DNA of 64,000 nucleotides from an uncultured Alphaproteobacteria bacterium (GTDB lineage Bacteria > Pseudomonadota > Alphaproteobacteria > Rhizobiales > Xanthobacteraceae): positions 95,411-159,410 of the forward strand of contig CAVSYJ010000011.1 of the NCBI GenBank assembly GCA_963732085.1, written 5' to 3'. Below, in pieces: positions 51,413 through 62,453 of this stretch. The notes beneath the pieces are model-generated. The model made no database searches. It saw only the letters and a program-made list of their open reading frames with translations, and was not told the DNA's origin. Each line of letters starts with the position of its first letter. Within the stretch, counting starts at the first letter, position 1. The position numbers and the translations under genes are program-made.

Positions 51413-52608
51413 GCTACCGAACGGATCGAGCTGAAATGGTGCGGCGGCAGGTCCGAAGACAGCGCCGAGATCAGCCCCTTGATTGATGTCAAATTATGCA
51501 CCGGGCGGAATTCGTCAACGTGGGGCAGCATCATTTTGATGCCATGCGCCTTGGGCTCGAAGCCGCCGAACCGCAAAAGCGGGTTGAGCCAGATCAGCCG
51601 GCGGCAGGAGCGGTGCAGCCGGTCCATCTCGAAGGCGAGTTTTGAGTCCGCCTCCCTCTCCAGCCCGTCGGAGATCAGCAACACGATGGCGCCCTGCCCC
51701 AGCACGCGCCTTGCCCACAATTTGTTGAAGCTGTGCAGCGAGGTTGCAATCCGCGTGCCGCCCGCCCAATCCTCGACGCTCGCCGAGCAACTCGCAAGCG
51801 CCTCGTCGGGGTCACGGTGGCGTAACGCGCGTGTCACATTGGTCAGCCGCGTGCCGAACAGGAACACCGAGACGCGCTTGCGGGCGTCGCTGATGGCATG
51901 CAGGAAATGCAGGAACAGCCGGGTGTATTCGCTCATCGAACCGGAGATATCGAGCAGCGCCACGATCGGCGCGGGCTTCTCGATCCGACCGAGCCTGCGG
52001 ATGTCGATGATCTCGCCGCCGGTGCGCAACGAGCCGCGGAGCGTCCGGCGCATGTCGATCTTGAGGCCGTGCGCGTCCGGCTGGTGGCGGCGGGTCCGGA
52101 GTTCGGCTTGCGGCAGCCGCATCTTCTCGATCGCGCGCGTCACCTCGGCGATCTCGGCCGCGCTCATCTGCGCGAAATCCTTCTTCTGCAGGATCTCCTT
52201 GTCGGAGACCGAAAGCCGCAGCTCCTGCTCCTGGGCCTGCGGCTCCTCATGCATGGAAGGCTGCGACAGCGCCTCCTGCACGCGGCGCGAGGCCGGCGGC
52301 GGTTTCTTGCGGGCGTGATCCGGCAGCGGCACCGAATCCAGCATGTGCTTCCATTCTTCGGTGGCACGGAAGAACAGGTCGAAGGCCTGCTTGAAGATCA
52401 GCGAATGCTCGTGGCGCTTGACGAAGATCGCCTGCAGCGTCGCGAACACGTCGCTGCGGTTGCCGATCTCGATCGCCTGTAGCGCGTTCAGGGCGTCGAT
52501 GACCGCGCCCGGACCGACGGGAAGTCCGGCCGCGCGCAACGCGCGTGCGAAACCGACGACGTTGTCGGCCATGTTGCCGGTCGGAGGCGAGAGATGATTG
52601 ATGGCCAT
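51409..52608 (-). CDS. coxE: vWA-domain CoxE-like protein
   Basis: FARALRAAG, LDISGSM, FGTRLT, DWAGGTRI, ISDGL, WLNPL. Confidence 0.9.
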   Translation of the reverse strand: MAINHLSPPTGNMADNVVGFARALRAAGLPVGPGAVIDALNALQAIEIGNRSDVFATLQAIFVKRHEHSLIFKQAFDLFFRATEEWKHMLDSVPLPDHARKKPPPASRRVQEALSQPSMHEEPQAQEQELRLSVSDKEILQKKDFAQMSAAEIAEVTRAIEKMRLPQAELRTRRHQPDAHGLKIDMRRTLRGSLRTGGEIIDIRRLGRIEKPAPIVALLDISGSMSEYTRLFLHFLHAISDARKRVSVFLFGTRLTNVTRALRHRDPDEALASCSASVEDWAGGTRIATSLHSFNKLWARRVLGQGAIVLLISDGLEREADSKLAFEMDRLHRSCRRLIWLNPLLRFGGFEPKAHGIKMMLPHVDEFRPVHNLTSIKGLISALSSDLPPHHFSSIRSVA

Positions 52609-52630
52609 ACGCACCGCTTCCCGCGACGAA

Positions 52631-53539
52631 CTACACCTCGCTCGTCGCCTCTTTTAAAACCTTCTGCAGGTTGTCGCCCTGCATCCGCGCGATGTCGTCC
52701 TGATATTTGAGCAGTGCGCCGAGCGTGTCGCCGACCACCTGCGGGGTGAGCGAGCGCGCGTCGAGCTCGCTGAGCGCCGTCGCCCAATCGATGGTCTCGG
52801 CAACGCCCGGCGACTTGTAGAAATCCTGATTGCGCAGCGCTTGCACGAAGCGGACCACCTGCTGCGAGAGCTTTGCGGAAATGCCGGGGACGCGATTCCT
52901 GATGATCGCGAGCTCGCGCTCGGCACTGGGATAATCGACCCAGTGATAGAGGCACCGGCGCTTCAGCGCGTCATGGATCTCGCGGGTGCGGTTCGAGGTG
53001 ATGATGACGATCGGCGGCTGCGGCGCCTTCACCGTGCCGAGCTCGGGAATCGTGATCTGGAAATCCGAGAGGATTTCCAGCAGATACGCCTCGAACGCCT
53101 CGTCGGCGCGATCGAGCTCGTCGATCAGCAGAACCGGCGCGCCCGCGACATCCGGCTCCAGCGCCTGCAGCAGCGGCCGCTTGATCAGGAAGCGGTCGGC
53201 GAAAATATCCGACGACAATTGCTCGCGGTCGCTGTCGCCGGCGGCTTCCGCAAGGCGGATCGCGATCATCTGCGCGGCGCTGTTCCACTCATAGACGGCG
53301 GAGGCGACGTCGAGGCCCTCATAGCACTGCAGGCGGATCAGCTTCCGCTTCAGCGCGGATGCCAGCACCTTGGCGATCTCGGTCTTGCCGACGCCCGCCT
53401 CGCCTTCGAGGAACAGCGGCCGGCCCATGCGCAACGACAGATAGGTCACGGTCGCAAGCGAGCGCTCGGCGAGATAGCCGCGCGAGGTCAACGTTTCGAG
53501 CATCGCATCGACGGATGCAGGCAGGGCCGATGCAGTCAT
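52631..53539 (-). CDS. coxD: MoxR AAA+ ATPase (CoxD-like)
   Basis: GEAGVGKT, RLQCYEG, LIDELDRAD, TSNRTRE, ALKRRC. Confidence 0.9.
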   Translation of the reverse strand: MTASALPASVDAMLETLTSRGYLAERSLATVTYLSLRMGRPLFLEGEAGVGKTEIAKVLASALKRKLIRLQCYEGLDVASAVYEWNSAAQMIAIRLAEAAGDSDREQLSSDIFADRFLIKRPLLQALEPDVAGAPVLLIDELDRADEAFEAYLLEILSDFQITIPELGTVKAPQPPIVIITSNRTREIHDALKRRCLYHWVDYPSAERELAIIRNRVPGISAKLSQQVVRFVQALRNQDFYKSPGVAETIDWATALSELDARSLTPQVVGDTLGALLKYQDDIARMQGDNLQKVLKEATSEV

Positions 53540-53572
53540 GAAAGTCCCAGTCTTGTTACGCCGGGGAAAACA

Positions 53573-54377
53573 CTACTTGGCGGTCGCGGCTTCGACCGCA
53601 CGGCGCGCCAGCACCGCGATCAGATGCGCACGGTATTCGGCACTGCCGTGCAAATCGCTGTTCAGTCCATCCGCCGGCACCGTCAAGCCGTCGAGCACCT
53701 TGTGCGAGAAGCGTTTCTTCAACGCCTCTTCGAACGAATCGACACGGAAGACGCCGCCGGAGCCGGCACCGGTGACGGCCACGCGTACGTCGGACGGACG
53801 CTTGGCGACGAACACGCCCACCAACGCATAACGCGAAGCCTGGTTGCGGAACTTGACGTAAGCCGCCTTCTTCGGCAGCGGGAACATCACTTTGGTGATG
53901 ATCTCGTCGGCCTCGAGCGCGGTCGTGAACAGGCCCTGGAAGAACTCTTCCGGCTTGAGCTTGCGCTTGTTGGTGACGATGGTCGCGCCCAGCGCCATCA
54001 CGGCCGCCGGATAATCCGCGGTCGGATCGTTGTTGGCGAGCGAGCCGCCGATCGTGCCCTTGTGGCGAACGGCGGGATCGCCGATCAGGCTCGCAAGATG
54101 CGCCAGCGCCGGGATCGCCTCGCCGACGACGGCGGAGTTGGCAACCTCGGCATGCTTGGCGGTCGCGCCGATCACCAGCGAACGGCCCTTCATCTCGATC
54201 GTGTTGAGGCCTTCGATATGGGAGAGGTCGACCAGATGCGGCGGGCTCGCCAGCCGCTGCTTCATGACCGGGATCAGCGTGTGGCCGCCGGCGATCACCT
54301 TGGCATCCTCGTTCTTGGCGAGGAAATTGGCGGCCTGCCGCACGGTGCCGGGACGATGATATCTGAAATTCGTACAT
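53573..54377 (-). CDS. coxM: Mo-hydroxylase FAD subunit (CoxM-like), frameshift near the start
   Basis: IAGGHTLIPVMKQRL, IGDPAVRHKGTIGGS, NDPTADYP, SAEYRAHL. Confidence 0.9.
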
Positions 54378-54416
54378 TGAAAGTTTCCTGGCCGCGGGCG
54401 GCGATAGAAGAAGCGG

Positions 54417-54902
<486 letters not shown>

Positions 54903-55054
54903 CAGCACTCTCTTTTTGTCCGCGTCGCCGCGGACCATCTGCGCCACCGCATATCGGCCGCGCAGGCCTCAAAATCAACCGGAACCCATAATATGGGGCC
55001 ATCAGGTCTTGAGCAACCTTGGGAAAGCATGGCCTGCCAAGGCTTTAGGCTTAG

Positions 55055-55501
55055 CTAGCCCTGTACCGCCTTGACGAAATTCGAAAAGAACTCGTCGGCC
55101 AGTTTCTTGGCGGTGCCGTTGATCAGGCGCTGGCCGAGCTGGGCGAGCTTGCCGCCGATCTGGGCTTCGACGTCATAGGAGAGCAGCGTGCCGCCGTCCT
55201 TGTCGGAGAGTTTTACGGTCGCGCCGCCCTTGGCAAAGCCGGCGACGCCGCCCTCGCCTTCGCCCGAAATCCGGTAGCCGTTGGGTGGATCGAGATCGCT
55301 GAGATTGACTTTGCCCTTGAAGCGCGCCGAGACCGGGCCGACCTTCATCTTGGCGACCGCACGGAAGCCGTGATCGTCGGTCGCCTCCAGCTCCTCGCAA
55401 CCGGGAATGCAAGCCTTCAGCACCGCGGGATCGTTCAGCTTGTCCCATACCGCCTGGCGCGAGGCCGCAAGCTGGACTTCGCCGTTCATCGTCATCGCCA
55501 T
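55055..55501 (-). CDS. coxG: CoxG (SRPBCC) protein
   Basis: VWDKLNDPAVLKACIPGC, VGPVSARF, GGKLAQLGQRLI. Confidence 0.92.
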   Translation of the reverse strand: MAMTMNGEVQLAASRQAVWDKLNDPAVLKACIPGCEELEATDDHGFRAVAKMKVGPVSARFKGKVNLSDLDPPNGYRISGEGEGGVAGFAKGGATVKLSDKDGGTLLSYDVEAQIGGKLAQLGQRLINGTAKKLADEFFSNFVKAVQG

Positions 55502-55661
55502 GGTGACCTCCCGGGTCAGGGTCGCGTTGTCTTTCCCAAGTAAAGCACGCCATGGCGAAAAGGAAGGCCGCCTTCCGAACAAGGGCAATGCAGTTTCGCG
55601 GCCGAGAAAGGCAGCGGATTTGGATTGGCAGGAGCGGACGGGGATGGTTAGGTCGCGCGCC

Positions 55662-57017
55662 ATGAGCACTGCCCTCTCTCCCCTGCTTGCACCGATGCTG
55701 TCGAGCGCCGCCATGCGCGCGGTCTGCGACGACGCGGCAACGCTGCAGAACATGCTCGACTTCGAGGCGGCGCTGGCGCGTGCCGAAGCCGCGACGGGAG
55801 TCATTCCGGAGAGCGCGATCAATCCGATCGGCAAGGCCTGCAAGGCGGATGCATTCGACTTTGCGGCTCTAGCGGATGCCGCAATACGCTCCGGCAATCT
55901 CGCGATACCCCTGGTGAAGGCGCTCACGGCCAATGTCGCCAAAGCCGACCCTGAGGCAGCACGCTATGTGCATTGGGGCGCGACCAGCCAGGACGTGATC
56001 GACACCGCCGCGATGCTGACCTTGCGCGCCGGCATCGACGCGCTGCTCATCGATGTCGATCGCGCCATCGCGGGCTTCGCCAAACTCGCACGCGCCCATC
56101 GCAACACCGCCGTGGTGGCGCGAACCTGGCTGCAGCATGCGTTGCCGATGCCGTTCGGACTGAAGCTCGCGGAATATGCCGCGGCGCTGCACCGCTCGAA
56201 ACTGCGGCTGAAGCGATCGCGCAACGAAACGCTCGCGCTGCAGTTCGGCGGCGCGGCCGGCACGCTGGCCGCCCTTGGTGACAAGGGCATGGCTGTTGCC
56301 GAGGCGCTGGCGCGCGAACTGAAGCTGCCGCTGCCGGAGGCGCCCTGGCATACCCATCGCGACCGCATCGCGGAGGCGGCTTCCGTGCTCGCGATTCTGT
56401 CGGGGAGCTGCGGCAAGATCGCGCGCGATGTCTCGCTGATGATGCAGACCGACGTCGGCGAAGCCTTCGAGCCATCAGGCGCGGGCCGCGGCGGTTCCTC
56501 CACCATGCCGCACAAGCGCAATCCGGTCGCCGCCGCGAGCGCGCTTGGCGCCGCCACCATGGCGCCCAATCTCGCCGCGACGATCTTCGCCGCACAAGTG
56601 CAGGACCATGAGCGCAGCGCCGGCCCCTGGCATGCGGAATGGCCGACCTTGCCGGCGCTGCTGCTGGTGACTTCGGGCGCTCTCTCCTCGATTGTCGACA
56701 TCGCCGAAGGGCTCGAGGTCGACACGGAACGCATGCGCGCCAATCTCGACATGACGGGTGGCCTGATCATGGCGGAGGCCGTCGCCTTTGCGCTCGCCGA
56801 GACCATCGGCAAGAGCGAGGCGCATCATCTGGTCGAAGCGGCCAGCAAAACCGCGGTTGCCGAGAAGAAGCATCTGCGCGATGTGCTGAGCGGCGATTCG
56901 AAAGTCACCGCGAAGCTCTCCGCAAGCAAGATTGCCGCGCTGTTCGAGCCGATGGCCTATCAGGGCGTGTCGCAAGCGTTGATCGACCGTCTGCTGGCCT
57001 CGCTCGAAGGGAAATAA
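55662..57017 (+). CDS. pcaB: 3-carboxy-cis,cis-muconate cycloisomerase
   Basis: HWGATSQD, RTWLQHA, LQFGGAAGTL, GGSSTMPHKRNP, WHAEW; adjacent to pcaD and pcaC. Confidence 0.93.
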   Translation: MSTALSPLLAPMLSSAAMRAVCDDAATLQNMLDFEAALARAEAATGVIPESAINPIGKACKADAFDFAALADAAIRSGNLAIPLVKALTANVAKADPEAARYVHWGATSQDVIDTAAMLTLRAGIDALLIDVDRAIAGFAKLARAHRNTAVVARTWLQHALPMPFGLKLAEYAAALHRSKLRLKRSRNETLALQFGGAAGTLAALGDKGMAVAEALARELKLPLPEAPWHTHRDRIAEAASVLAILSGSCGKIARDVSLMMQTDVGEAFEPSGAGRGGSSTMPHKRNPVAAASALGAATMAPNLAATIFAAQVQDHERSAGPWHAEWPTLPALLLVTSGALSSIVDIAEGLEVDTERMRANLDMTGGLIMAEAVAFALAETIGKSEAHHLVEAASKTAVAEKKHLRDVLSGDSKVTAKLSASKIAALFEPMAYQGVSQALIDRLLASLEGK

Positions 57018-57028
57018 GGGGACTTGCC

Positions 57029-57811
57029 ATGCCGATGATCGATGCCGACGGTTGCCTGCTCAATGTCGCGGTCGAGGGGCGCCAGAGCGGGCCGACCCTG
57101 ATGCTGTCGAACTCGCTCGGCTCGACCATGCAGATGTGGGAGCCGCAGATGAAGGCGTTCACCCAGGTGTTCCGGGTGATCCGCTATGATCGCCGCGGCC
57201 ACGGCAAGTCGGGCGCGCCTCCCGGCCCCTATTCCATGGAGCGCTTCGGCCGCGACGTGCTGGCCATTCTCGATGATCTCAACATCGACAAGGTGCATTG
57301 GTGCGGGCTGTCGATGGGCGGCATGGTCGGGCAATGGTTAGGGGCCAATGCGCCGGAGCGGATGGGCAGGATCGTGCTCGCCAACACTGCCTGCTACTAC
57401 GCCGACCCCTCCAACTGGCTCGCCCGCATCAAGATCGTGAAGGAGGGCGGCATCGCCGCCATCGCCGATGCCGTCATCGCGAACTGGCTGACCGCCGATT
57501 TCAGGGAACGCGAACCGCAAGTGACCGCCAACATGAAGGCGATGATGCTGGCCACGCCCGTGCAAGGTTATATCGCCTGCTGCGAGGCGCTCTCGACTCT
57601 CGACCAGCGCGAGTTCCTCCCGAAGATCAAGAGCCCGACGCTCGTGATCGCCGGCCGGCACGATTTGTCAACGCCGGTGGCCGCCGGCGAATTGATCCGC
57701 AGCAAGATACCCGGCGCCGGCATGACGCTGCTCGACGCCGCCCACATCTCCAATGTCGAGCAGCCGCACGCCTTCACCGATGCGGTAGTCGGCTTCTTGA
57801 CGCAACGCTAA
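57029..57811 (+). CDS. pcaD: 3-oxoadipate enol-lactonase
   Basis: LSNSLG, RYDRRGHG, GLSMGG, AAHISNVEQP. Confidence 0.93.
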   Translation: MPMIDADGCLLNVAVEGRQSGPTLMLSNSLGSTMQMWEPQMKAFTQVFRVIRYDRRGHGKSGAPPGPYSMERFGRDVLAILDDLNIDKVHWCGLSMGGMVGQWLGANAPERMGRIVLANTACYYADPSNWLARIKIVKEGGIAAIADAVIANWLTADFREREPQVTANMKAMMLATPVQGYIACCEALSTLDQREFLPKIKSPTLVIAGRHDLSTPVAAGELIRSKIPGAGMTLLDAAHISNVEQPHAFTDAVVGFLTQR

Positions 57812-57823
57812 GAGGAAACATCC

Positions 57824-58216
57824 ATGGACGAGAAACAACGCTACGACGGCGGCATGGCCAAGCGCCGCAAGGTCCTGGGCAATGCCTGGGTCGACAAGGG
57901 CCTTGCCAACCGCAACGCGTTCAACACCGAATTCCAGGAGTTGATCACGCGCTATGCCTTTGGCGAAATCTGGACCCGGCCGCATTTCGACGATCGCACG
58001 CGGCGCGTGCTCGTGATCGGCACGCTGCTCGCACTCGGTTCATGGGACGAATTCCGCCTGCATGTGCGGGCCGCGCTGACTGAAGGCGGCTTTACGCCCG
58101 ACGACATCAAGGAGATCATCCTGCAACAGACGATCTATGCCGGCGTGCCTGCCGCCAACCACGCCTTCAGGGAAGCCGCAGGAATCATCGAGGAGTTAGG
58201 ACTGCTCAAGCGCTAG
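57824..58216 (+). CDS. pcaC: 4-carboxymuconolactone decarboxylase
   Basis: RRKVLG, FQELITRYAFGEIWTR, IYAGVPAAN. Confidence 0.9.
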   Translation: MDEKQRYDGGMAKRRKVLGNAWVDKGLANRNAFNTEFQELITRYAFGEIWTRPHFDDRTRRVLVIGTLLALGSWDEFRLHVRAALTEGGFTPDDIKEIILQQTIYAGVPAANHAFREAAGIIEELGLLKR

Positions 58217-58694
58217 CCGGAAGCACGTCCGCCACCGGCTCGGCCGGACGCTCGAGTGTCAGCACAACGACCGTGCCGAGCATGACCAAGAGCTCGCTGG
58301 CGTGCAGGCGCAGCGCTCCGCCCTCGCCGGCGAACGAGGCCAGCAGCATGCTGACGAAGCTGATCAGGCAGCCGATGCCGAGCGCGATCGACAGCGCCTC
58401 GTCGCAGCCGCCGAATTTGCGAATCCGCGGGCTGAAGGCCAGCACCGTGAAGATCGCGAAGAAGGCGACCACCACAAGCCGTCCCAGCGCGAGCAGCCAC
58501 GCGGCGCGGACGGCTCCCGTTGCGTCAAGATGGAGATGGTCGGTGATGAACAGGCCCACCGCGATGTTCGGCCGATCGAACAGGCTGTGGATCGGCGAGA
58601 CCATGATGTTGAAGGCGACGATGGTCCAGGTCGGGATGAAATAGGCGGCAAGCAGCACGCCATTGAATGAACTGATCCGCCAGCTTGTCGACAT
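58206..58694 (-). CDS. Hypothetical membrane protein, about four TM helices
   Basis: 162 aa, hydrophobic, plausible coding composition. Confidence 0.7.
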   Translation of the reverse strand: MSTSWRISSFNGVLLAAYFIPTWTIVAFNIMVSPIHSLFDRPNIAVGLFITDHLHLDATGAVRAAWLLALGRLVVVAFFAIFTVLAFSPRIRKFGGCDEALSIALGIGCLISFVSMLLASFAGEGGALRLHASELLVMLGTVVVLTLERPAEPVADVLPASA

Positions 58695-58821
58695 GTCGCT
58701 TCCCGCTATCGTCAGCCGCGCGTCGATGCGCGCGAGCGCTTTGCGGCGAAGGTGCCTGCTTAAAGCTTGAGCGGCAATGTAAACCCTTTGTTTACCTTAA
58801 TCCTGCGGCTTCTCTGAAGGC

Positions 58822-58850
58822 AAAGAAAAGCCCCGCCTTTCGGCAGGGCC
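58822..58850 (-). terminator. Intrinsic terminator
   Basis: Minus strand gccctgcc-gaaa-ggcggggc-ttttcttt, just downstream of the Gln-rich ORF. Confidence 0.8.
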
Positions 58851-58875
58851 TTCCTCATCTTACGCGTCGCCCGAA

Positions 58876-59025
58876 CTAGCGATTGGGATCCTGTTGCTGC
58901 TGGCCGGGCTTCTGCCCGCCACCCTGCTGCTGACCTGGCTTCTGACCCGGGGTCTGGTTCTGCTGGCCTGGCTTCTGGCCGGGGGTCTGATTCTGCTGAC
59001 CAGGATTCTGGTTCTGGTTGCTCAT
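58876..59025 (-). CDS. 49-aa Gln/Gly/Pro-rich repetitive peptide
   Basis: MSNQNQNPGQQNQTPGQKPGQQNQTPGQKPGQQQGGGQKPGQQQQDPNR; GGGAG RBS upstream and terminator downstream. Confidence 0.75.
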   Translation of the reverse strand: MSNQNQNPGQQNQTPGQKPGQQNQTPGQKPGQQQGGGQKPGQQQQDPNR

Positions 59026-59300
59026 TCGGGATCTCCCTTGTTGAACGAAGCCCGAGATAACCCTCAAAACGGCCGTTGGTTGCGCGGGAACTACAGTTCC
59101 ATGACGGTCATTCCGTGTCGCCGATATGTCAGAACCGGACCACGGGGAACCGGCTGCAAAAACAATCCTGTACAAGCCTTTTTGGTGAGACGGCGCGCTG
59201 TTGCCGCCCCAAGTTCCCGCTGTTAAGACACGGCCAAGACGCGTCGTTTCAGGCTTGCCCGGGGGTCCTCGCCGCGTCGTCGGCTCCAACCACGCAGCCC

Positions 59301-60215
59301 ATGGTCTATTTCGCCCAACAGCTCATCAATGGTCTCGTGCTCGGCTCGATCTACGGGCTGATCGCGATCGGCTACACCATGGTCTACGGCATCGTCGGCA
59401 TGATCAATTTCGCCCACGGCGACATCTTCATGATCGGCGGCTTCATCGCGCTGATTTCGTACCTGATGCTGGTCTCGTTCGGGCTCACTGCGGTTCCCGT
59501 GGTTCTCCTCATCGTGCTGCTGGTATCGATGGCGATCACGGCGCTGTATGGCTGGACGGTCGAGCGCGTCGCCTACCGGCCGCTGCGCCACTCCTTCCGT
59601 CTCGCGCCGATGCTGTCGGCGATCGGCATGTCCTTTGTGCTGATCAATTTCTCGCAGGTCGCGCAAGGCGCCCGCGTCAAGCCGGTGCCGCCGATCATCA
59701 CCGGCGGCTACAGGCTCGCCGAGAACAACGGCTTCGTCGTGCAGCTCTCCAACGTCCAGATCGTGGTCGTCGTCACCACCATCGTCCTGCTTGCGATCTT
59801 CACCTGGCTGGTGTCGCGCACCCGGCTCGGCCGCGACATGCGCGCCTGCGAGCAGGACCAGACCATGGCGGCGTTGCTCGGCGTCGACGTCGACCGCACC
59901 ATCTCGATGACGTTCGTGATCGGCGCGGCACTCGCCGCCGTCGCCGGCATGATGTACCTGCTCTATTACGGCCTGGTCGATTTCTTCATGGGCTTCGTCG
60001 CGGGCATCAAGGCCTTCACCGCCGCCGTGCTCGGCGGCATCGGCTCGCTGCCCGGCGCGATGCTGGGCGGACTTCTGATCGGCCTGATCGAGACGTTCTG
60101 GTCGGCCTATTTCTCGGTGGAGTACAAGGACGTCGCCGCCTTTTCGATCCTGATCGTGGTGCTGATCTTCCTTCCGACCGGCCTGCTCGGCCGGCCTGAA
60201 GTCGAAAAAGTCTGA
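59301..60215 (+). CDS. livH: Branched-chain amino acid ABC permease LivH
   Basis: QQLINGLVLGSIYGLIAIGYTMVYG, INFAHG, KAFTAAVLGGIGS. Confidence 0.95.
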   Translation: MVYFAQQLINGLVLGSIYGLIAIGYTMVYGIVGMINFAHGDIFMIGGFIALISYLMLVSFGLTAVPVVLLIVLLVSMAITALYGWTVERVAYRPLRHSFRLAPMLSAIGMSFVLINFSQVAQGARVKPVPPIITGGYRLAENNGFVVQLSNVQIVVVVTTIVLLAIFTWLVSRTRLGRDMRACEQDQTMAALLGVDVDRTISMTFVIGAALAAVAGMMYLLYYGLVDFFMGFVAGIKAFTAAVLGGIGSLPGAMLGGLLIGLIETFWSAYFSVEYKDVAAFSILIVVLIFLPTGLLGRPEVEKV

Positions 60216-60222
60216 TTCCGGC

Positions 60223-61549
60223 GTGACGATATCGGCGCCCGACGCAAATCCCGCCGCGCGGATCTCCGGGATTCCCTTCATCCTGAAGAAGGCGCTGATC
60301 TCCGCCTTCGTCGCGCTGGTGCTTTTCTCGCTGATGATCGGCATCCGCACCGAGGCGGGACCGACCGGACAACTGATCTACTGGACGCGGTTCGGCGATC
60401 TCGCGGCCATCGTCGCAGCCGTGTTCGGCGGCAGCATCGTCATCGAATTGCTGCGGCAGTGGCTGGGACCGGCGGGGTCGCGACAGGTCGTTCCGCCCAT
60501 CGTCCAGAACGGGTTTGCGGTCGCCGGCCGCTTCATCGCACCTGCGCTGTTGATCTTCACCCTGCTCGTCCCCGTCATCTTCTACAATCAGCGCTACATT
60601 CTCGACCTCGGCATTCTCGTGCTCACCTATGTGATGCTGGGCTGGGGACTTGAACGTCGTGGTCGGCCTCGCCGGCCTGCTCGACCTCGGTTATGTCGCC
60701 TTCTACGCGGTCGGCGCCTATTCCTATGCGCTGCTCGCCACCAATTTCGGCCTGTCGTTCTGGGTCTGCCTGCCGCTTGCCGGTATCCTCGCCTCGTTCT
60801 GGGGCGTGCTGCTGGGTTTTCCGGTGCTGCGGCTGCGCGGCGACTACCTCGCCATCGTCACGCTCGCCTTCGGCGAGATCATCCGTCTCGTCATCATCAA
60901 CTGGCAGTCGCTCACGGGCGGGCCGAACGGCGTCTCCGGCATTCCGCGTCCGACGTTCTTCGGCATTCCGCTGACGCCGGGCGATGACGGCCTCGCCGCG
61001 AAGCTCGGCATCGAGTTCTCGCCGACCCATCGCATCGTGTTCCTGTTCTACGTCATCCTGGCCATGGCGCTGCTGACCAACTGGGTCACGATCAGGCTGC
61101 GGCGGCTGCCGATCGGCCGCGCCTGGGAGGCGCTGCGCGAGGACGAGGTTGCCTGCCGCGCGCTCGGCATCAACACCACCACGACCAAGCTCACGGCGTT
61201 CGCGACCGGCGCGCTGTTCGGCGGCTTTGCCGGCGCTTTCTTCGCCACCCGTCAGGGATTCATCAGCCCGGAATCCTTCACCTTTCAGGAATCGGCGCTG
61301 GTGCTCGCCATCGTCGTGCTCGGCGGCATGGGTTCGCAACTCGGCGTCGCGCTGGCGGCGCTCGCCATGATCGGCGGCTTCGAGCTGTTCCGCGGGCTCG
61401 AGCAATACCGCATGCTGGTCTTCGGACTCGCGATGGTGCTGCTGATGATCTGGCGTCCGCGCGGAATCATCGGCCATCGCGCGCCGACCGTGTATCTGAA
61501 GGAGCCGCAGGCGATCTCATCCGACCTCGTCAAGGAGGGACACGGATGA
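60223..61549 (+). CDS. livM: Branched-chain amino acid ABC permease LivM, frameshift near 60648
   Basis: [50 protein letters not shown]. Confidence 0.93.
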
Positions 61550-62380
61550 GCGGCGACGACATCCTGTCCGTCGATCATCTCACCATGCGCTTCGGCGGCA
61601 TCGTCGCCGTCAACGACCTGTCGTTCACCGCGGGCCGGCGCAAGGTCACCGCGCTGATCGGACCGAACGGCGCCGGCAAGACCACGGTGTTCAACTGCGT
61701 CACCGGCTTTTACAAGCCGACCGGCGGCACCATGCGGCTGGCGCATGATGGCGGCAACGAGATCGCGCTGGAGCGGCTGAACGATTTCCGCATCTCCAAG
61801 CAGGCGAAGGTTGCGCGCACCTTTCAGAACATCCGCCTGTTCCCGGGCATGACCGCGCTGGAAAACCTGATGGTGGCCCAGCACAACACGCTGATGCGGG
61901 CCTCGGGCCTGACCTTTCTCGGCCTGATCGGCACACCGGGCTGGCGCAGCGCCGAGAAGAGCGCGATCGATCTGTCGAAATTCTGGCTCGATCGCATCGG
62001 CCTGCTCGACCGCGCCGACGATGCCGCCGGCAATCTGCCCTATGGCGACCAGCGGCGGCTCGAGATCGCGCGCGCGATGTGCACCGAGCCGGCGCTGCTC
62101 TGTCTCGACGAGCCCGCCGCCGGCCTCAACGCGCGCGAGAGCGCGGCCTTGAGCGAGCTGTTGCTGTCGATCCGCAGCGAACAGGGCACCTCCATCCTGC
62201 TGATCGAGCACGACATGAGCGTGGTGATGGAGATCTCCGACCACGTCGTGGTGATGGATTACGGCGTCAAGATCGCCGAAGGCGCGCCGCAAGCAAGTGC
62301 GCGACGATCCCAAGGTGATCGCGGCCTATCTCGGCGCTGATGAGGAGGAAGCCATCGCCGTGATGGAGGGCGGCACGTGA
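61546..62380 (+). CDS. livG: ABC ATPase LivG, frameshift near 62295
   Basis: [33 protein letters not shown]; C-terminal [10 protein letters not shown] in a shifted frame. Confidence 0.93.
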
Positions 62381-62403
62381 GCGCGAAGCGAGACACAGTG
62401 CCA

Positions 62404-62448
62404 ACCTCCCCCTGCAAGGGGGAGGTCGACCGCGAAGCGGTCGGGAGA
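62404..62448. repeat. Family C half element
   Basis: acctccccctgcaagggggaggt-cgaccgcgaagcggtcg between livG and livF. Confidence 0.7.
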
Positions 62449-62453
62449 GCCTC

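Noticed and set aside
54361-54377. Programmed frameshifting in coxM, livF or other broken genes
   Set aside because: No slippery heptamers or consistent stimulatory structures, and the background indel rate explains the breaks.
58779-58800. CtrA-like box (TAAA-N7-TTTAC) upstream of the membrane protein gene
   Set aside because: Two mismatches to consensus; too weak without conservation data.
59087-59112. GGAAC-N17-CATT general-stress sigma promoter near the Gln-rich peptide
   Set aside because: It is on the opposite strand to the peptide; the minus-strand GGAAC...CGTT spacing is 24 bp, too long.
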